DNA of 64,000 bases from Folioceros fuciformis (taxonomy: Eukaryota): positions 42,852 to 106,851 of the forward strand of contig JBNGIO010006237.1 of NCBI GenBank assembly GCA_049999805.1. Direction: 5' to 3'. How positions within the stretch are numbered: position 1 is the stretch's first letter; every line of letters starts with the position of its first letter. Under the pieces are notes generated by a model. It saw only the letters and a program-made list of their open reading frames with translations, was not told where the DNA came from and made no database searches. A program made the translations under genes and the position numbers. Below, one piece after another: positions 47,789 through 63,963 of the stretch.

Positions 47789-48432
47789 TCAGAAACCTCT
47801 GCAAAACCCGTCGAACGTTAGACGTAGCCCACAAGCAAAGGCTTGCAACATCACTCCACAGGCATGGAAAGGCATAGAGCAGGACCCAACCTGGATCGCC
47901 TGTTCATGATCCATTTCAGTTTGAATCGGAACTCCCTCTTCGCCATTCTCAGGTCCCGAGCTTTGCGATCCAGCACCCGCTGCTCAGCGGGCTTGATGCA
48001 GTAGCGCTGATCTCGGTAGAGGGACAAGAGGCCCTCTTCCCTCATCTTCCTCTTCCACTTCCGGAGAGCAACTTCGACGTTGTTGTCCTTCACGTCAATC
48101 ATGATATGCCTCAATTGCATACCCTTCAGATGCTGAAGGCCGGCAAGCACCACCCCTTCCCCGCCTTTCCCTCCCAAAGCACGTCCACCATCTGCACAAA
48201 ACCCTAGCCCCGACGTCCCTGCACACCAGCTGCGGGGGTGCCAAGCCGCGTCTCTTGCGCAATGCCACGATCTACATGTAACCAGTTGCTCACTTCCTGC
48301 TACGGATTTCCGCACGGATGGAGCATCTGCAGCCAAAGCCTGCCTCACCAGCGGAACGTGGCCCCACGATGGTTGCGACTTCAAAACCGCCGCCCGGAGA
48401 ACAGAAAGACGGCTTGCACCTGTCCTCCACAT
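47789..48432 (-). CDS. Mitochondrial ribosomal protein bS21-family protein
   Basis: Presequence, then IMIDVKDNNVEVALRKWKRKMREEG...CIKPAEQRVL...FRFKLKWIM. A small terminal intron gives RSRGF-stop at 47789. Confidence 0.85.
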
Positions 48433-48606
48433 CTCGATCTCGCCCTAATAATCCAAGAGCTGGACTGAAGCTTGGGGGAAGGCTGGTTCATCACCCGTGC
48501 TCCCACGGGCGATCGTGAACGCTCGCTGCCAAATAGTGCAACATAACACATGAACTGAAGACAGAGTGCTAAAACCCTTTCCACCAACCACAATGCACCT
48601 GCTTCA

Positions 48607-50420
48607 CTACACATCTGTGTTCGCAGCGCCTTGGAACCCTACCCAGGAGGCAGAGGTCCTATGCGGTCGTCCACCTCTTTGAAATTGGGGAGGGTTGAGT
48701 GCGCCAAGAGAATACAAACACTTGGTGTTCGACATTGGAGGATTGTTGCTCACCTGGAGTACCACTGCAAACGCATCTCCCTTGAATCCCGAGACATTTC
48801 GGAGGATCATCCGGTCAAACATGTGCCATGCGTGCAAGATGGGACAGATTTCTAAAGGCGAATTTGCCACAGACTCGCCGACAGGTTTAGATTGCCCCCC
48901 GCTGACAGCAAGTTGGCTCTCGAGGGACCCGGAGACAGACACTACACGCCCGACAACCGACATGGTAGCCTTTTGTTCAAGAAGTGAATCGCAGAAACTT
49001 GGATAATTCAACTTTCAGCATGTCCAACATAGGGAGGCAGGACTGGCCGTGTACGCTCCCGCAGTTTCCAGATTTTCTGGACAACCTTTGAGTAGGTATC
49101 TCCCTTCTGGGCAGAGATGGAAAGCGCAAACCTTAACTGGAGTTTTTCTAGCCTGTCTTCGAGGAGGCCAAGATTGAGCCTAAGGACACCATCTCCACCA
49201 GCGATACCGCTGGAACATAGCGAGTGGCTCAGGAGCTGGTCTTCAACTATGTCCCACACCGGAACGTCGATGAGACTATGCAGCAAATTGCTACTCTGCT
49301 TCCACATTTTGTCCTACAGTAAACAGTCTGGCGAGGAAGGTCCTCTGGAAATTCTGCTACTTACACAGAGGATTGGAAGGAAAGAAAACCCGGCTTGCAC
49401 CCGGCTTGGAAATGAAAATGAAGACGGCTGCCACATCTAAAAGCTAGTCCCTGAAGTTGCTTCCTGACCGCGCAGTCGGGATGGATTTGGAGCGAGATTT
49501 AGGTGCCGATCTATACAATATTAACCTCCAGAAGAGGGGCTTCGGCAGCCTGGTCCAGCTCAGCAGAGGAGCAGCCCTCGTGAGTTACACTGCAGGCATG
49601 TCCTTGGCTCCAGACTGCAACAATCGCAGGGCTTACCAAGGAACAAACGATCAAACCTGGAAAGGTGACCAAAATGTACGCACTACAAAGATGCGTTGCA
49701 AGCCAGACATTCCCTCCCCAAATCACTGCCACAAAACCGAGCGACAAGCGCAATGACATCGGTACCAACACCGAATGAAATGCTCGAAAAAAGCAGGCCA
49801 AGAAGAAAGTCCGCATCTTACCAGCTGATGCGAGAAAGAAAACGAATTTGGTAGTTCCGTTCACAGAGCCAATACTTGCCCAGGACTCGTGGAACAGAGA
49901 TATGCCCAAAGCTGCACCAACGGAGAAGACGAAGTGCAGAGGATCGTATAGCATCAAGCTGAAACAGACGGCACCTCCCACAACCGGCATCAAGGTGCCG
50001 GCAGGGGACAGGGGAGGGTATTGGTACGAGGCTCCCGCAAGAGCCGTCACGACGAGAAGGCCCCCAAAAACCAAGACCCTCGCGTGGGGAGCATGCGTAA
50101 CAATGTGCAGCAACAGGTCAGCGTAGAAGCAGCGGGTGCACTTATTGAGCAGCCACAGCAGCAGAGCGTAGCAAATCCCTCCAAGTAGGCCACAGGCAAT
50201 ATAAGCACAAGGTTCACAGTTTCGAGAGCTCTTCCCACGCAACAGCAGGCTAGAGAGCACCATCATCCCCGTCTGTGCAAGTCATGGGTCAGTCCCCTGC
50301 ATTTCAAACACCCAGAATTCCGGAGCGTCAGGGGGAGAAGCAGACGGTGCCCCCCACCACTGAGTCCACACCCATTGTACCGAAACGTTACAACCAAGTC
50401 CACATCGCACTAGCAGGCGG
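48607..50420 (-). CDS. Uncharacterised multi-pass membrane protein or decayed gene; structure unresolved
   Basis: Co-oriented ORFs 49511..50266 (several hydrophobic helices), 49008..49307 and 48607..49011; no recognised motif. Confidence 0.35.
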
Positions 50421-53211
50421 GGGACATCGCCCATGCCGCAACTGCAGCCCGCCCAGAAGTTCTCTACGCCTGCTGTGGTGCACAGCCAGTCTAGAACCTA
50501 ATGGCCTCACCGCCTCAAACGCATTCTTGCCTCTCAAGCAAGCCAGCCTGCTTGCGACGATCTGATCCCATCCGGCATCCAGGCTAGCAGCCCATTCTTC
50601 CCCCCCTTCATAAAGCTGACTTGTTCAATCTGGAGAAATTTAGAGTGGGCGCAGTGCCTCGGAAAAGTGATTCCCAGGCGGGACCAGTACAGCGGACCCG
50701 GCAGGGTCGTGCCTCACCGGGATAGGGCCCACATTCAACTCAGTATGCAGGCGAGGGAAGCTTGACTTGCGCACTGGCAACATGCCAAAGTGTCTCGAGA
50801 TCTCGGCACTTGCCCGGCAGTGGTGGGTGCAGGAATCAGTGCGCTGGAATGTCATACTCTATCTACATCATTGCCTCTCTTTATGGATGTCAGCATCTGA
50901 CGCTTCCCTGCCTTACAGATACATCCGGATCGTGCTTGTCCTGGGAGGCCGCCATTTCAACGTTGGCCCTTGCAGGCCACACCATGCATACATGCATACA
51001 CACACATACCATACATGCACGCATTCATGTGTACGTACGTACGTACGTGAACCTCGATACATATGTATAAACAAGTACAGGTTTCCGCAGTCGAAGTAAT
51101 TCGGCGTCTGCGCATAGATAACGCCATCGCCTTGGGAAGGGGAATCGCTCTGAGATCACAAGGAACAGCTACACAGTGCAAACAAAGAACAACAAACTGC
51201 TCCCGATGCTGTATCGACGTCTCGTCTCGGACTGGACGCGTGTAAGGATGTTGGATGCTGGAACCCGACACTCCGGTTCCGGGGAAAGACCTCGCCGACA
51301 CTCTGCAACCCTAGAAGGCTCAAGAACCAGGAAACGCCGATTGAAGCGCCAGAGCAAAGCGCCGGAGCAAAGCGCAGCATGTAGACAGATCGGTCGCAGC
51401 CCCACACGATGTACCAGTGGATGCTACCGAATAACGCTCTGCAAGTGAACACGAAGCACGATGCGGCAAATCATACGTGAAGCCGAGGGACTTCCAGGTC
51501 GGACAGGTCTGGTGCTGAGCTTTAGTGCGGACCTCCGTTGATGGCAGCGGAGAGGACTAGGACTCGAGTGGGCACGGGGTTGGTATGGCTCCAAAAATCT
51601 TCGAGGAAAAGCGTCGGGTGACCGTAAACACTGAGCAAAGGGGAAGGGAAGCCTCGGGATAGTGTGCAGAATTGGTGCAGTTGGTTCAGCGGAAGCGGAC
51701 AAACGTTTTTTGTCTCGGAAGAGAATGATTTGACACACACTTCGACCTGAACGATTTAGTTCGTGCCCATGTGAAGGCGCAGCTGAACTCCCAGTGCAAC
51801 TCCGTGTCCTGCCAAACCCAGGAACAGCCTTGCATACCTCGTCTTCAGGTTCTTGCGGATCGGTTGAAGGCAGTGAGGGAAGCCCTCCTCTGACTCCTTC
51901 CTTGCTCAGGAATTCTGCCACCAATTTTGTCGTTCCTGGGAGAGACACGGGCCTCTGCAGGGGCTCCCACACGCTTGTCTTGGTTACTGAGCGAGAACCC
52001 AGGAGTGGACGCTGAGATCTGGGAGGGAACTGGCTAGGGTTTTATCCAGATGCAGAGCACCAGCGGACAACAGCGCGAGCAACTCTCCAAGAGGTGGCCG
52101 CGTAGCCTGTTGACTACTTTCGACGAAATTAGCGAATGCAGTATCTGCAATGTGAGCGTAGCTAGCACTAGCGCTCATCTTCAAGAGCACTCTGGAATAG
52201 TTCAGGCCTTAGAGCAGTTAGGCCCAGGGCCAGCTAGCTGTGGTTACAAAGCAGCTGCTGAATTGAGAGCTGGTAACGTCTCCAGACTGTTGAATCCGTT
52301 GTGCGGCTTAGCGGCGTACCCCTCGCTCAAACGCATCACCCACGTCCGGGATCGTGAGAAATAATGCACCGACAGAGGCTAGTTGATGAACTCAAGCAAT
52401 TGGGTGTCGTCTGGCCAATCAGGTGTTGCCAATGATCTCACATGGGTGTTGCCAACGCTCTTACGTGTTTAACTTGTAACAACACAACGAGCAACTGCAG
52501 TTAACGTGTCTGTAGATGCCTTGGACACCCATCACATAATTCGGCCACACAGAACAGAATATGCATTATGCTGACCAAGCTCTATGCCTAATATCGGGTG
52601 TGCACACCAAACTTGCGAGTGTCTTCCAGCATAGCCCGTGGATGGGACACACTGGTCAACTTCAATCAATCAATCTCTCTCTGCCGTACAGGTCCAATAT
52701 CCTGTGCTTGCCTTTGGAATGATCCGTAAGCAGCAACAACATCAACGTCATCATCAGGATAACTCATTCCTACAAAGAACAAGCAATGCATCAACCACTT
52801 TTTCGGTAGACAAGTTGCTACATGCCACCAACTCCACAGTGTCAGCACCTCAGCAGGTGCAAAGGAAGTGAAAATACTTTGGCACCTATATCTTAATTAC
52901 AAATTGGACCACCTTTAAACATGTCGCCAAAACGAGCATTAGACTGCAACACAAGACGTAGTACCACGTTATTGATAAGGACTTTTGAGCTGCTCCCTGT
53001 CTACGAGGAAGGTCGAGTTGTCGGAACGAGTAATACACCCAGATAAAAAGCTTCTCCCGGGATCCCAGGCAGGGGCTTGTGCTACTTGATTCAATGTTTG
53101 CCCGTACGGCATAGAATTCGAGCATTCTGGGGTCTGTGTGGGTGACGAGCTCCAAGAAAAGCTGCTCAAAGACCGGAGCCGCAGCGGAGAGTGCTTCGCA
53201 ACGTCGAAAAT

Positions 53212-55428
<2,217 letters not shown>

Positions 55429-56440
55429 AGGACAAGTCATCGTTTGAAGAGGCAGTGTGCAGTTCACTGCTGCGCGGGGAGCAAGTCTGAAGAGAAGGTA
55501 CAAATGACTCACTGGTGTACATGTACAGGACCGTAGGCCACCCTCCAGATGTATGGTAGTTTCTTCGATGGAGTGGTTATTACGACGTGTAAATGACTGG
55601 AGTCCTAGTCGTCTATGACACTGTTTGACATTCCTGGACCTGTATGTGGTACATGACACGCCTACCAAGGTACTCTGCTTCAATGCACCACTCAAAGAGG
55701 TACTTCAAATTGAAGCCGATTTATCTAGGAACGTCAGTGAAAGGCTTTGCAAAGCTCTGTTGTATATTAAAGTAAAGCAATTCCAGGAGTTAGAGTGGAG
55801 TGTAACCTGCCTGCCCGAGGATTCGCGTTCTCAGCGGACTATTGAGCCCCTAGCCAGTTGATTCAATATGCATCCACAACCTGGAAGATGGACTCGCCTG
55901 ATCCTCTGACGTTGTGGGACTGAGATCACGATTCACTCTAGAATACCGTGTCCATCATAAGGTGCAAAAAAAAGAATACTGCAACACTACTTAAATCAAA
56001 ACTGTGAACCACCCCCAACCATATCATGTGTTCACCGTCTTCGACTATCGCACTACCAAGATGACTCCCGCGCTTTCGAGCCCACTCAGAAGAGCCCCGC
56101 GCGCCTTGAGGAAGCTCGCGACCGATTCGGCCCGGCTATGGGTAAATCCTGGATCTCATGTTTGCTGGTCCATCAACGTGACTAGCTTCGCTGTCCGTGA
56201 TCTGGCCAAGCGGAGGATCTATATTGGCTGATCCGGACGATGTGATTGTTTGTTCCGACCTATGGAAACCACTAAATGGCTGCTACCAACACTTCTGAAG
56301 AACGGACTCACACGTTGATGTCTTAGACATTAACGACGTTGGATCTTCAAGAAGTGAAGAGCATCATCTGCGTCTCATGCAATTCCCTACGCCTATGGCA
56401 TCCCGTAATTGGATCTTAAAGAAATTTTATGGAATGAGAC

Positions 56441-59098
56441 TCAATGGCCTTCTTCGGTGTCAGCATCGCCCCATCTCACCTTGTACTTGGCAGCAAAATA
56501 GTGAGCTCCGGCGGGGCCTCGGCTGCCGTAAGGATAGAGCTCTGGTGGCACCCGCTTGGACTCTAACTCCTTCAACAAGGGAGAGAATATGGCCCAGGCG
56601 GCATCCAGCTCGTCGCTTCTGATGAAAAGCCGCCGCTCCCCTTCGATGGCGTCCAGGAGCAGTCGCTCGTAGGCGTCAGGAATCTCGCCGGAGTAACTGT
56701 CAGCGTAGTGAAGGTTCAGGTTGTTCCGGTCTAGTCTCAGGCCCAGTCCCGGGATCTTGTTGTTGACCTTCAAATAGATGGCCTCATCCGGCTGTACTCG
56801 GATCACCAGCTCGTTGGTTGCCTGGTCTAAGTCACTGCCGAAGTTCCTCTTGTATATGTTTCCAGGAACATGCCTAAACTGCACCCGGATTTCGGCCCTA
56901 GCAGCATAGCGAGATAGCTGATGAGTGCTCGTCATGACGGATAAGAGTTTGCTCAACGGACGCTGGCCAAAGGAGTCTTGTCAAGGCCTTACCGCTTGTT
57001 CTGCAGAGCTTTTCCCGCTTTCATCAAGAAAGGGACTCCATCCCACCTTGCATTGTCGATGAACAGAGCTGCAGCAGCAAACGTGGCCGTCATGCTGTCG
57101 CTGGGAACAGTGACATCGTCTAGGTAGGCAGGATATTTCACTCCGCCCCTTGCATGACCCTTGTACTGCCCGATAACTACGTCTTCCAGATGTAATGGCC
57201 TCATCGACCTCAGTACCTTCACCTGCCGACCATTGCAAGACAGATCAGCGAGATCAGTGGAGTGCATTGGTTAATTTAAGGGACACACCAGCGAATCACA
57301 CACCTTCTCGTTTCTCACGTGCTCTGCATCCAAGCTCACTGGCGGTTCCATGGCAAACAAGGCGAGTATTTGCAGCAAGTGATTTTGCATGATATCTCGA
57401 ATTATGCCGTAATTGTCAAAATAGCTGCAGAGGCATCTAGTCAGCTTTTCATTGTGAGAGATGTTGTGCGTGGGTTTTCAGACCATTACCCTCCACGTCC
57501 CTCAGTGCCGAAATCCTCAGAAAAGATGAATTGGACATTCCGAATGTACTGCCTTGACCACAAAGGTTCAAAAACAAGGTTAGAAAACCGTAAAATTGAG
57601 AGGTTCTCAACCAACTCCTTGCCCAAGTAGTGGTCAATCCTGCAGCATGGAAAAACAGTTCACAACCGCGTCAAGTGGTGAACGTACTAGAACGCTGGAA
57701 CATAGCAGCCAAGCTCATCCCTTTGTTTTACAACCAACTCAACAATAGCCAGAAAAGCATCACCCACCTATATATCTGATCTTCTGCTAGATGCTGCTTG
57801 AGGCCTCTTGTTAGCTCTGCTGAAGATTCAGAGTCACGTCCAAAGGGTTTCTCCACGATAACGCGGGTCCAGCCTTTAGAAGATGAGGTGTATTCACTTG
57901 CACATCCTGCTACATCAACAAAGATATTCGGCGGAATCGACATATAGAATAATCTATTCGCCAACTTGCCGCCCTACACATACAGGACAGCACACTTTGG
58001 AATTGTGTAACAGACAGAAACACTGGAGTCCCACACCTGCTCGAACAGTTAACCTTGAGAAACGGCTATTTCATATCCTCAAACTAGGAGGAAACAGCTT
58101 CAACGGATCAAACAACAGAAACGAGGTCTACCTCATGCTTTTGTAGTTGGCTATTTAGTTGTCTGAAGCTTTTCTCGGAATCATACTGGCCAGACAAATA
58201 AAAGCATCGTGACAAAAAGTGCTTCGTCTTCTCCTCGCAGCTCGCACTGTAAAAAATTGCCACGAACAGAAAAACTGAACAATCAACTCACGAGGTCCAA
58301 TGCGACACTATTCTCGCACAGCGCTCAATCCAGCGCAAACAGATGTGATCCAGGTAGTCACCTATGGCCAACTCTACACTTGAGCGTGCCACCGATGATG
58401 GTTCGAAACTCGGCATCCGTAAGGTTGCTTCTTGCGTATCCATAAATTGTGAAGTGCTGCATACGATTAGGGAGGAAAACACACTGACATCAGTTTGCAC
58501 ATGCAACTAGTGGAGTACGCAGGTCACAGACGACTTGCGACCAGAAGTACAATTCACGAACGATCATGCGTTCTTTTCAAGAATTACAGGATCGGGTATG
58601 CGCAGACCTTTGACAAGCAGCCCTCCGAGTAGAGGGCGAAAAGCGCTGGAAAAATTTTCTTCTTGGCCAAGTCTCCAGAGGCGCCAACTACAGTGATGCT
58701 TAATGTTGACTCGTTGCGTCCGTCCACAGACTTAGCATACAGTAAGCTTGGGTTGGCCGACTTCTCCCGAGTGTAGTCCACTGAGGTGCGCAGCAAGCTC
58801 GGCGTTCCGTCTGCGAAGTTTGCATGTAAAGCGAAAGAATTTCGAACAAGAGATCCAGCAACACGAAAAAGGGAGCGTATATCCTTGAACAGGAGGGAGG
58901 GTAGAGACCCAGAGTCATGGCGGAATCACGCACGCTGGCGACAATTTCTGTAGACTGTGCCACGTTGTGGCCAGAGTCGGGAAAGGAGAGACGAAAAGGG
59001 ACTGTGGAAGAGGTGCTACAGCTGCTAAGGGAAGGCATGGACACACAGGGCTTCAGGCCTGCCCACTGGCGCACCATAGTTGCATGTCTCACTGCCAT
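56441..59098 (-). CDS. G6PD: Glucose-6-phosphate 1-dehydrogenase, plastidic type
   Basis: Transit peptide; [87 protein letters not shown]. Confidence 0.97.
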
Positions 59099-59320
59099 GA
59101 TCGCTACACCAGCCACACAGGTCCGCAACTGCGAACAGAGCCTCCCCGACCACCCAAGTCAGCAACCACGGGACATGAGATGCTGTAGAGAAACGGCCGC
59201 ATTTATTAGGACTTGGCCAAAGCTTGTTCCACTTCAAGAAGTGTTGCTATCTCTGTCTGAGCAGGAACTTTACGTAATGTATGCCTAGCTAGATCCAGAA
59301 ATGGTGACCCGCCAAAATTG

Positions 59321-62300
59321 TCAATCAGCCTTCAATTTCCCCCTCCGATAACGCCGGAATATTTCCTTCAAAACTGCGACGAGGACGTGCGACAGCACCG
59401 GTACGAAGAACGGCTGCAGGAATAACGACGCCAGTGTGAGGCAACGGAGGAGGAAGCGCAACCGGCATGCAGCGGAAGGCAGACTCACAGTGTAAATTGC
59501 CAAATGATGTTCCAAGGGGAAGTACTGTAAAGACATGAAGGACGGCTGGAAAAATGCGTCCTCTGCTAATGCCCTTGCCCGCCTGACCGCATCTGGTCAG
59601 GACAGCAAGCAACATGACGTTACGGTAAGTATAGGTTTGCTCTACGGGACAGGCAAACGACATGAAACGTGTACAAAATTTACCTCCTGTTGCAAAGTAG
59701 GCGCCCCTGGATGCTTGTGACCTTGCGGCGTTGGCAGCCTCAAGGGACATAGATACCTGTGGATGTTCAATGCGGATATTCAGCTGACTTCAGGTCATCG
59801 TCAGGGTAACCGCTAGCTAAAGTTTCAACAAGACCAGAAGCAGCACCTGTTCAGCAATCTCGTCCTCAATAACCATGTTTGGAAGAGACTGCACCTACAA
59901 GATAAACAAGTGGGGGCATAATTAAAGCATGCAAAATACTTGGTTCACCCTCTGGACATGTGCAAATCGCAGGGGTAGAACACTACCAGCTCGGACAGGG
60001 AGGTCAGTGTTGCTGCCGCAGCTAACTCATCCGCGGCAATACGTCTTCGCAGCAGCACGTCGATCTCCCTGAAGAGTGAAACACCAGTTAGATATGCTTG
60101 CAAAGCAGCAGCTGGCACACTAAGCTATTCTACATGCACGGACTCCATACCAATCAGCAATGCCAGTGGTGACGGCAGGGACATGGTCCAAGCCAGATGT
60201 GTTGTTGAATTCTAGGGATGGCAATCCGAAGAGAGCACGAAGTTGAGCCACAATGATTCCCATCAAGCCTTGCATATCCTGGATACACACAAGGGGCAAG
60301 GTCTGAGTGCCAACTTTCCGGATAGGATATCCTTAGAGGAGAGTGACAAATCACGGTAAATGCCACCTCGACATCAAGACGCCGGGGGGCAGGCTTGCTG
60401 CCTTGTCTCCCTGTTTCACACGTTGGGGGATTCCAGATCGTCACACCCCCCCATCCCTGCCACAGACAGAGCAACGTCAAAGCAAAGGCTGTGACACAGT
60501 GGCAAGTGCAAACACATGCATCGGAGAGGAAGCCATGGGAATCCAGAAAACGACTTTGATCATTCAAGTAGCTAAGCAAGCCGCAAGAGATGGGTGCTTA
60601 CAGGTGAGGTGAATCCATTTATCAACGATTGACCACTTGCATGCTTAATCCGAAGTGGACTTTCGTCCGAGGCAGGTATGTAGCTGCATGAGGCATAAAA
60701 CCACTGAGCGAGTCCTAGGCAACCTGCGAGCGTCATGACGAATACGAAACAAGGCACTGTACAAAGCTTATACTGAGCAGTACATCACAAAATGCAGGAG
60801 CTTCGACCGACCAACAGATGCCGTTGAGGAGTCCAGGGGCCACTCTCTAGAATTCACCTAAACAGTCAATCGTTGTTGTCAGGTGATTTGAACCAAAAAT
60901 ATGATAGCCTGGCAGGTTAGCCACTCACGAAAAAAGGAAGCTTGTCTGGAGTTAACGCGTAAGAACCCAAATTTGTATCCCAAGCTGCCTGGACTCCCTT
61001 GCGGGTATAGTGAAGGACCTGTAGACATGAAATCTGTGTCACTGAGTACTCAAATGTCGGTAAACTCCAGATATCATGTATGGAACAGCGCAAAAGTTCA
61101 GCACCAGGTTCCATGTTCTCGTCTTTGACTGACTGTTCATGCGGTTACCTGACTTTCAATGCTCATCATTCCCACAGGTGACATTGCCTTCACTATTGGC
61201 TTCAGGAATTGCATCTCCAGAGTCTTGAAATCCCTGGCCACTCCATAGTCCAAGGACTTCAGTAAATTTGTCAGATGCAGGCCTCAGATTGATGGTGTGC
61301 CAAACCCAAGCGGCTTATTTGACTTCCTCACCAGTCATAGATCCAGTCCTTCGGCTCTGCATTTAAAAGACTGAACGACAGTACAACTTTGCCATCTGCT
61401 CCAAGTGGCATGCTAACCACTTGGCCATGTTCCTCTACAGCCACATGTGCATTTCTTCTGTGGTCGAAATAGACATGAGCAATCTCGCGAATGAGAGGAA
61501 CGACATCAAAGTCTTTGGCCACAGATATCCAGGCATGACGATGCTTCCCGACGACCGCTGCTGACCTTGGCAGGTTGTTTCCACCAGTATCACTATCTGC
61601 AACCACCCACAGATAGTATTCATTGCACATGACGTCAGACCAAGTGAGAACAGATAGCAATGGCTAAAGATTAGGACTGTACCTTCCACATCAGATCTCA
61701 CTATGATAGAGTACTTCCCACCCTGATCTGGCCCTCCAGGATTGCTCGGGTCAAGCACAGAATATTTCCAAAGCAGTTCATCCAATTCGTGGTCAGTAGC
61801 TGTTCTGAAAGCACGGTCCATGGGCGCACCGGCCAGACCACAAGGCCAGACAACAAAACCCTCATGTTCCCCAGTTCTGCGGCAGCCGAGATGAGAGTCG
61901 ACACTAACTAGTAGCTTGAAGCCAGAGCCACACGTGTCGACAGCAGAATGCAGAGAAGCTAATATGTCCTCCCGGACACTAGCGGCCCATGCCTCCAATT
62001 GTGCAGCTGCTGCAGAACCCCCTTTTACAATGAAGATTACGTGCAAATGGCAAGGAAGAAGAAGCGGTTGAGACGAAACATTCTCCGAGTGTTCCTTAAT
62101 AACGGCGAAAGGAATTGGTGATCGATGGATCTCTGTAGTCCACCACCACACAGGAATTCCTGCGGTTGCAACAACGAGTCCACCACCTTAACACAGATAG
62201 TGTACCAAAAGCATTTGGAGGGAGTTTGAACTGGCAGCTCACCTGAAATGAAAGCAAGAAGAATCGAAATCGTCACCAGTAGACGCTTATGCCCCTGTCG

Positions 62301-62321
62301 TCGGCTTGTGCTGTCCGCCAT
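59321..62321 (-). CDS. PIGS: GPI transamidase subunit PIG-S
   Basis: N-terminal TM, WWWTTEIHRSPIPF, VVGKHRHAW, LSFSLLNAEPKDWIYDW, ESQV, WGGVTIWNPP, AEDAFFQPSFMSLQYFPLEHHLAIY, PFFVPV. Confidence 0.9.
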
Positions 62322-62424
62322 AGGCTTCAGGCGAAAGGTCGAAGAGCAGTGCAGCAGGTATGTCTTTGTTTTGAGACTTAAAAGGTAACTTTTATTGGAA
62401 AATATAGCACACATTACCCAAGTA

Positions 62425-62498
62425 GACCGCATAGCGCAGTGGATTAGCGCGTTGGACTTCGGATCCAAAGGTCGTGGGTTCGAATCCCATTGTGGTCG
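62425..62498 (+). tRNA. trnR-UCG: tRNA-Arg (anticodon TCG)
   Basis: Acceptor stem GACCGCA/TGTGGTC, anticodon stem TTGGA/TCCAA with loop CTTCGGA, T-loop GGTTCGAATCC; upstream AT-rich box and CAA; TTTT at ~62543. Confidence 0.95.
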
Positions 62499-63801
62499 AC
62501 CCGTGATTGTCGACTCAAATCGTCCCCCCTGCTGATGGGAGGTTTTCCCCCTCATGAAGGTCGACACTTCTTAAGTCCCGTGCGTATACTGCTATATCTC
62601 TTGCACTGAACATTCCTTTTACCATTGCATGTTATTCTTGCACTTTTGCATGTTTTTGGTTTTGGTAATCCTATTTGGTTGTATATTAAGTATTTAGTCA
62701 CCTGTTCCTTTAATTTTTGGAAATTCCCCGGTGAGTGTGAACCCTGGAACGGTAACGCGGGCACTCAGGCGTACAGCGCTCGTCGATTCTGTAAAAATGT
62801 GTCGGGCGGGGCTTCCGAACAACAGCCTGTGTGAAATGGGCGCAGAAGGGTGTGAGAGAGAAAAGTCACAATCCCCGCTGGATCATTCTGAAGTGCATGC
62901 CACCAACTCTTAAAGGAGGTGAAAGTCCCAGTCCACAAGAGCGCCTACCGCCACCTAGCGGGATGTCCTTGGACTACGTCTAAGCATCCGATGTCTCCCG
63001 TTCTCTCCATGTGTTCTGGCCGGAAGGTAGTGAAGCAATCGCAAGCGCTTCCAGCCCTCCGTCTGTGCTACAGCCGCAATGAGTGTGAAGTGCCTCTCAT
63101 GGCCACCTAATTGCAGCTTACCATGTGCGGCATATACGGCAGATGGACATTGCTCTCAGCCCACCGTCCTGTGAGCTCCACTGTCGCCAGTGCGCAGCCT
63201 AGGTACGGGCTACGGTGAAGCAAACAGCTACCACGCGCACCTTGCAGAAGCGTGAGACAGCGAAGCCAGCAAGGCGCTACAGCTCGAGTCGCTGCTGTCT
63301 GATGGACTCTCTTAGCAGCAGATTACGACATGAGAGACTGCCGAACGTTCTCCAAACCCCCTGTGACTGTCACCAATGGTTCCGTCTCATTCCGAGACGC
63401 TAACTCGAACACGACTGGCTGGTACGACATTACACTGTCCAAACCCTCTCACTGGCTGCACTGACTCCCCCTTAATGCCAGACTCTAATGAGAAAACCGG
63501 TACATACGCACAGATGTACTTAGCTGGCATTTCCAACGTAACTATCCATTTCTCCCATGGATCGATTCTTGTGGAGGATTGCTGTGTAGTAACCACTTTC
63601 TTGCCACATCATATGTATGCAGCGGCCTGGTGGTACGTCCCAGGCTAAGAACTTCGATTCTTCGAGAGTGGTTTGTAAGTGTAGAACACGGTCAGCGCCA
63701 GTGTGAAGACTGTGGCAGAGGCAGTTGAAGAACTCACTTTGTGCCACCAGGAGAATTAGTAAGTAGCGGGTTCACACAGGAAGCGAGGCACCAGCGCCGC
63801 A

Positions 63802-63963
63802 TCATGATCTCTGCCAGTCAAAGTCTACATTGTTGACCCTGCGTAATTGCCTCCAATCCTGTTCAGAGGGACAGCCAAACCAACGCTCGACAGAGTGCCG
63901 GTAGAATTTACTGCAGCCCCTGCGAATAGGCGCTCACCTCACCGAGAGTTGTTCCGAATACGA
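63802..63963 (-). CDS. Last two exons of an unidentified gene entering from beyond the window end
   Basis: Canonical AG/GT sites define exons 63938-63963 and 63802-63858, reading ...VFGTTLGEDWRQLRRVNNVDFDWQRS-stop. Confidence 0.45.

Noticed and set aside
62499-62540. Dicistronic tRNA-snoRNA (GTGATT...CTGA after the tRNA)
   Set aside because: The box C match is imperfect and the spacing of ~30 nt is too short for a C/D snoRNA.
62037-62567. 176-aa ORF extending PIG-S upstream
   Set aside because: It reads through the antisense strand of the tRNA; the plausible PIG-S start is the ATG at 62321.
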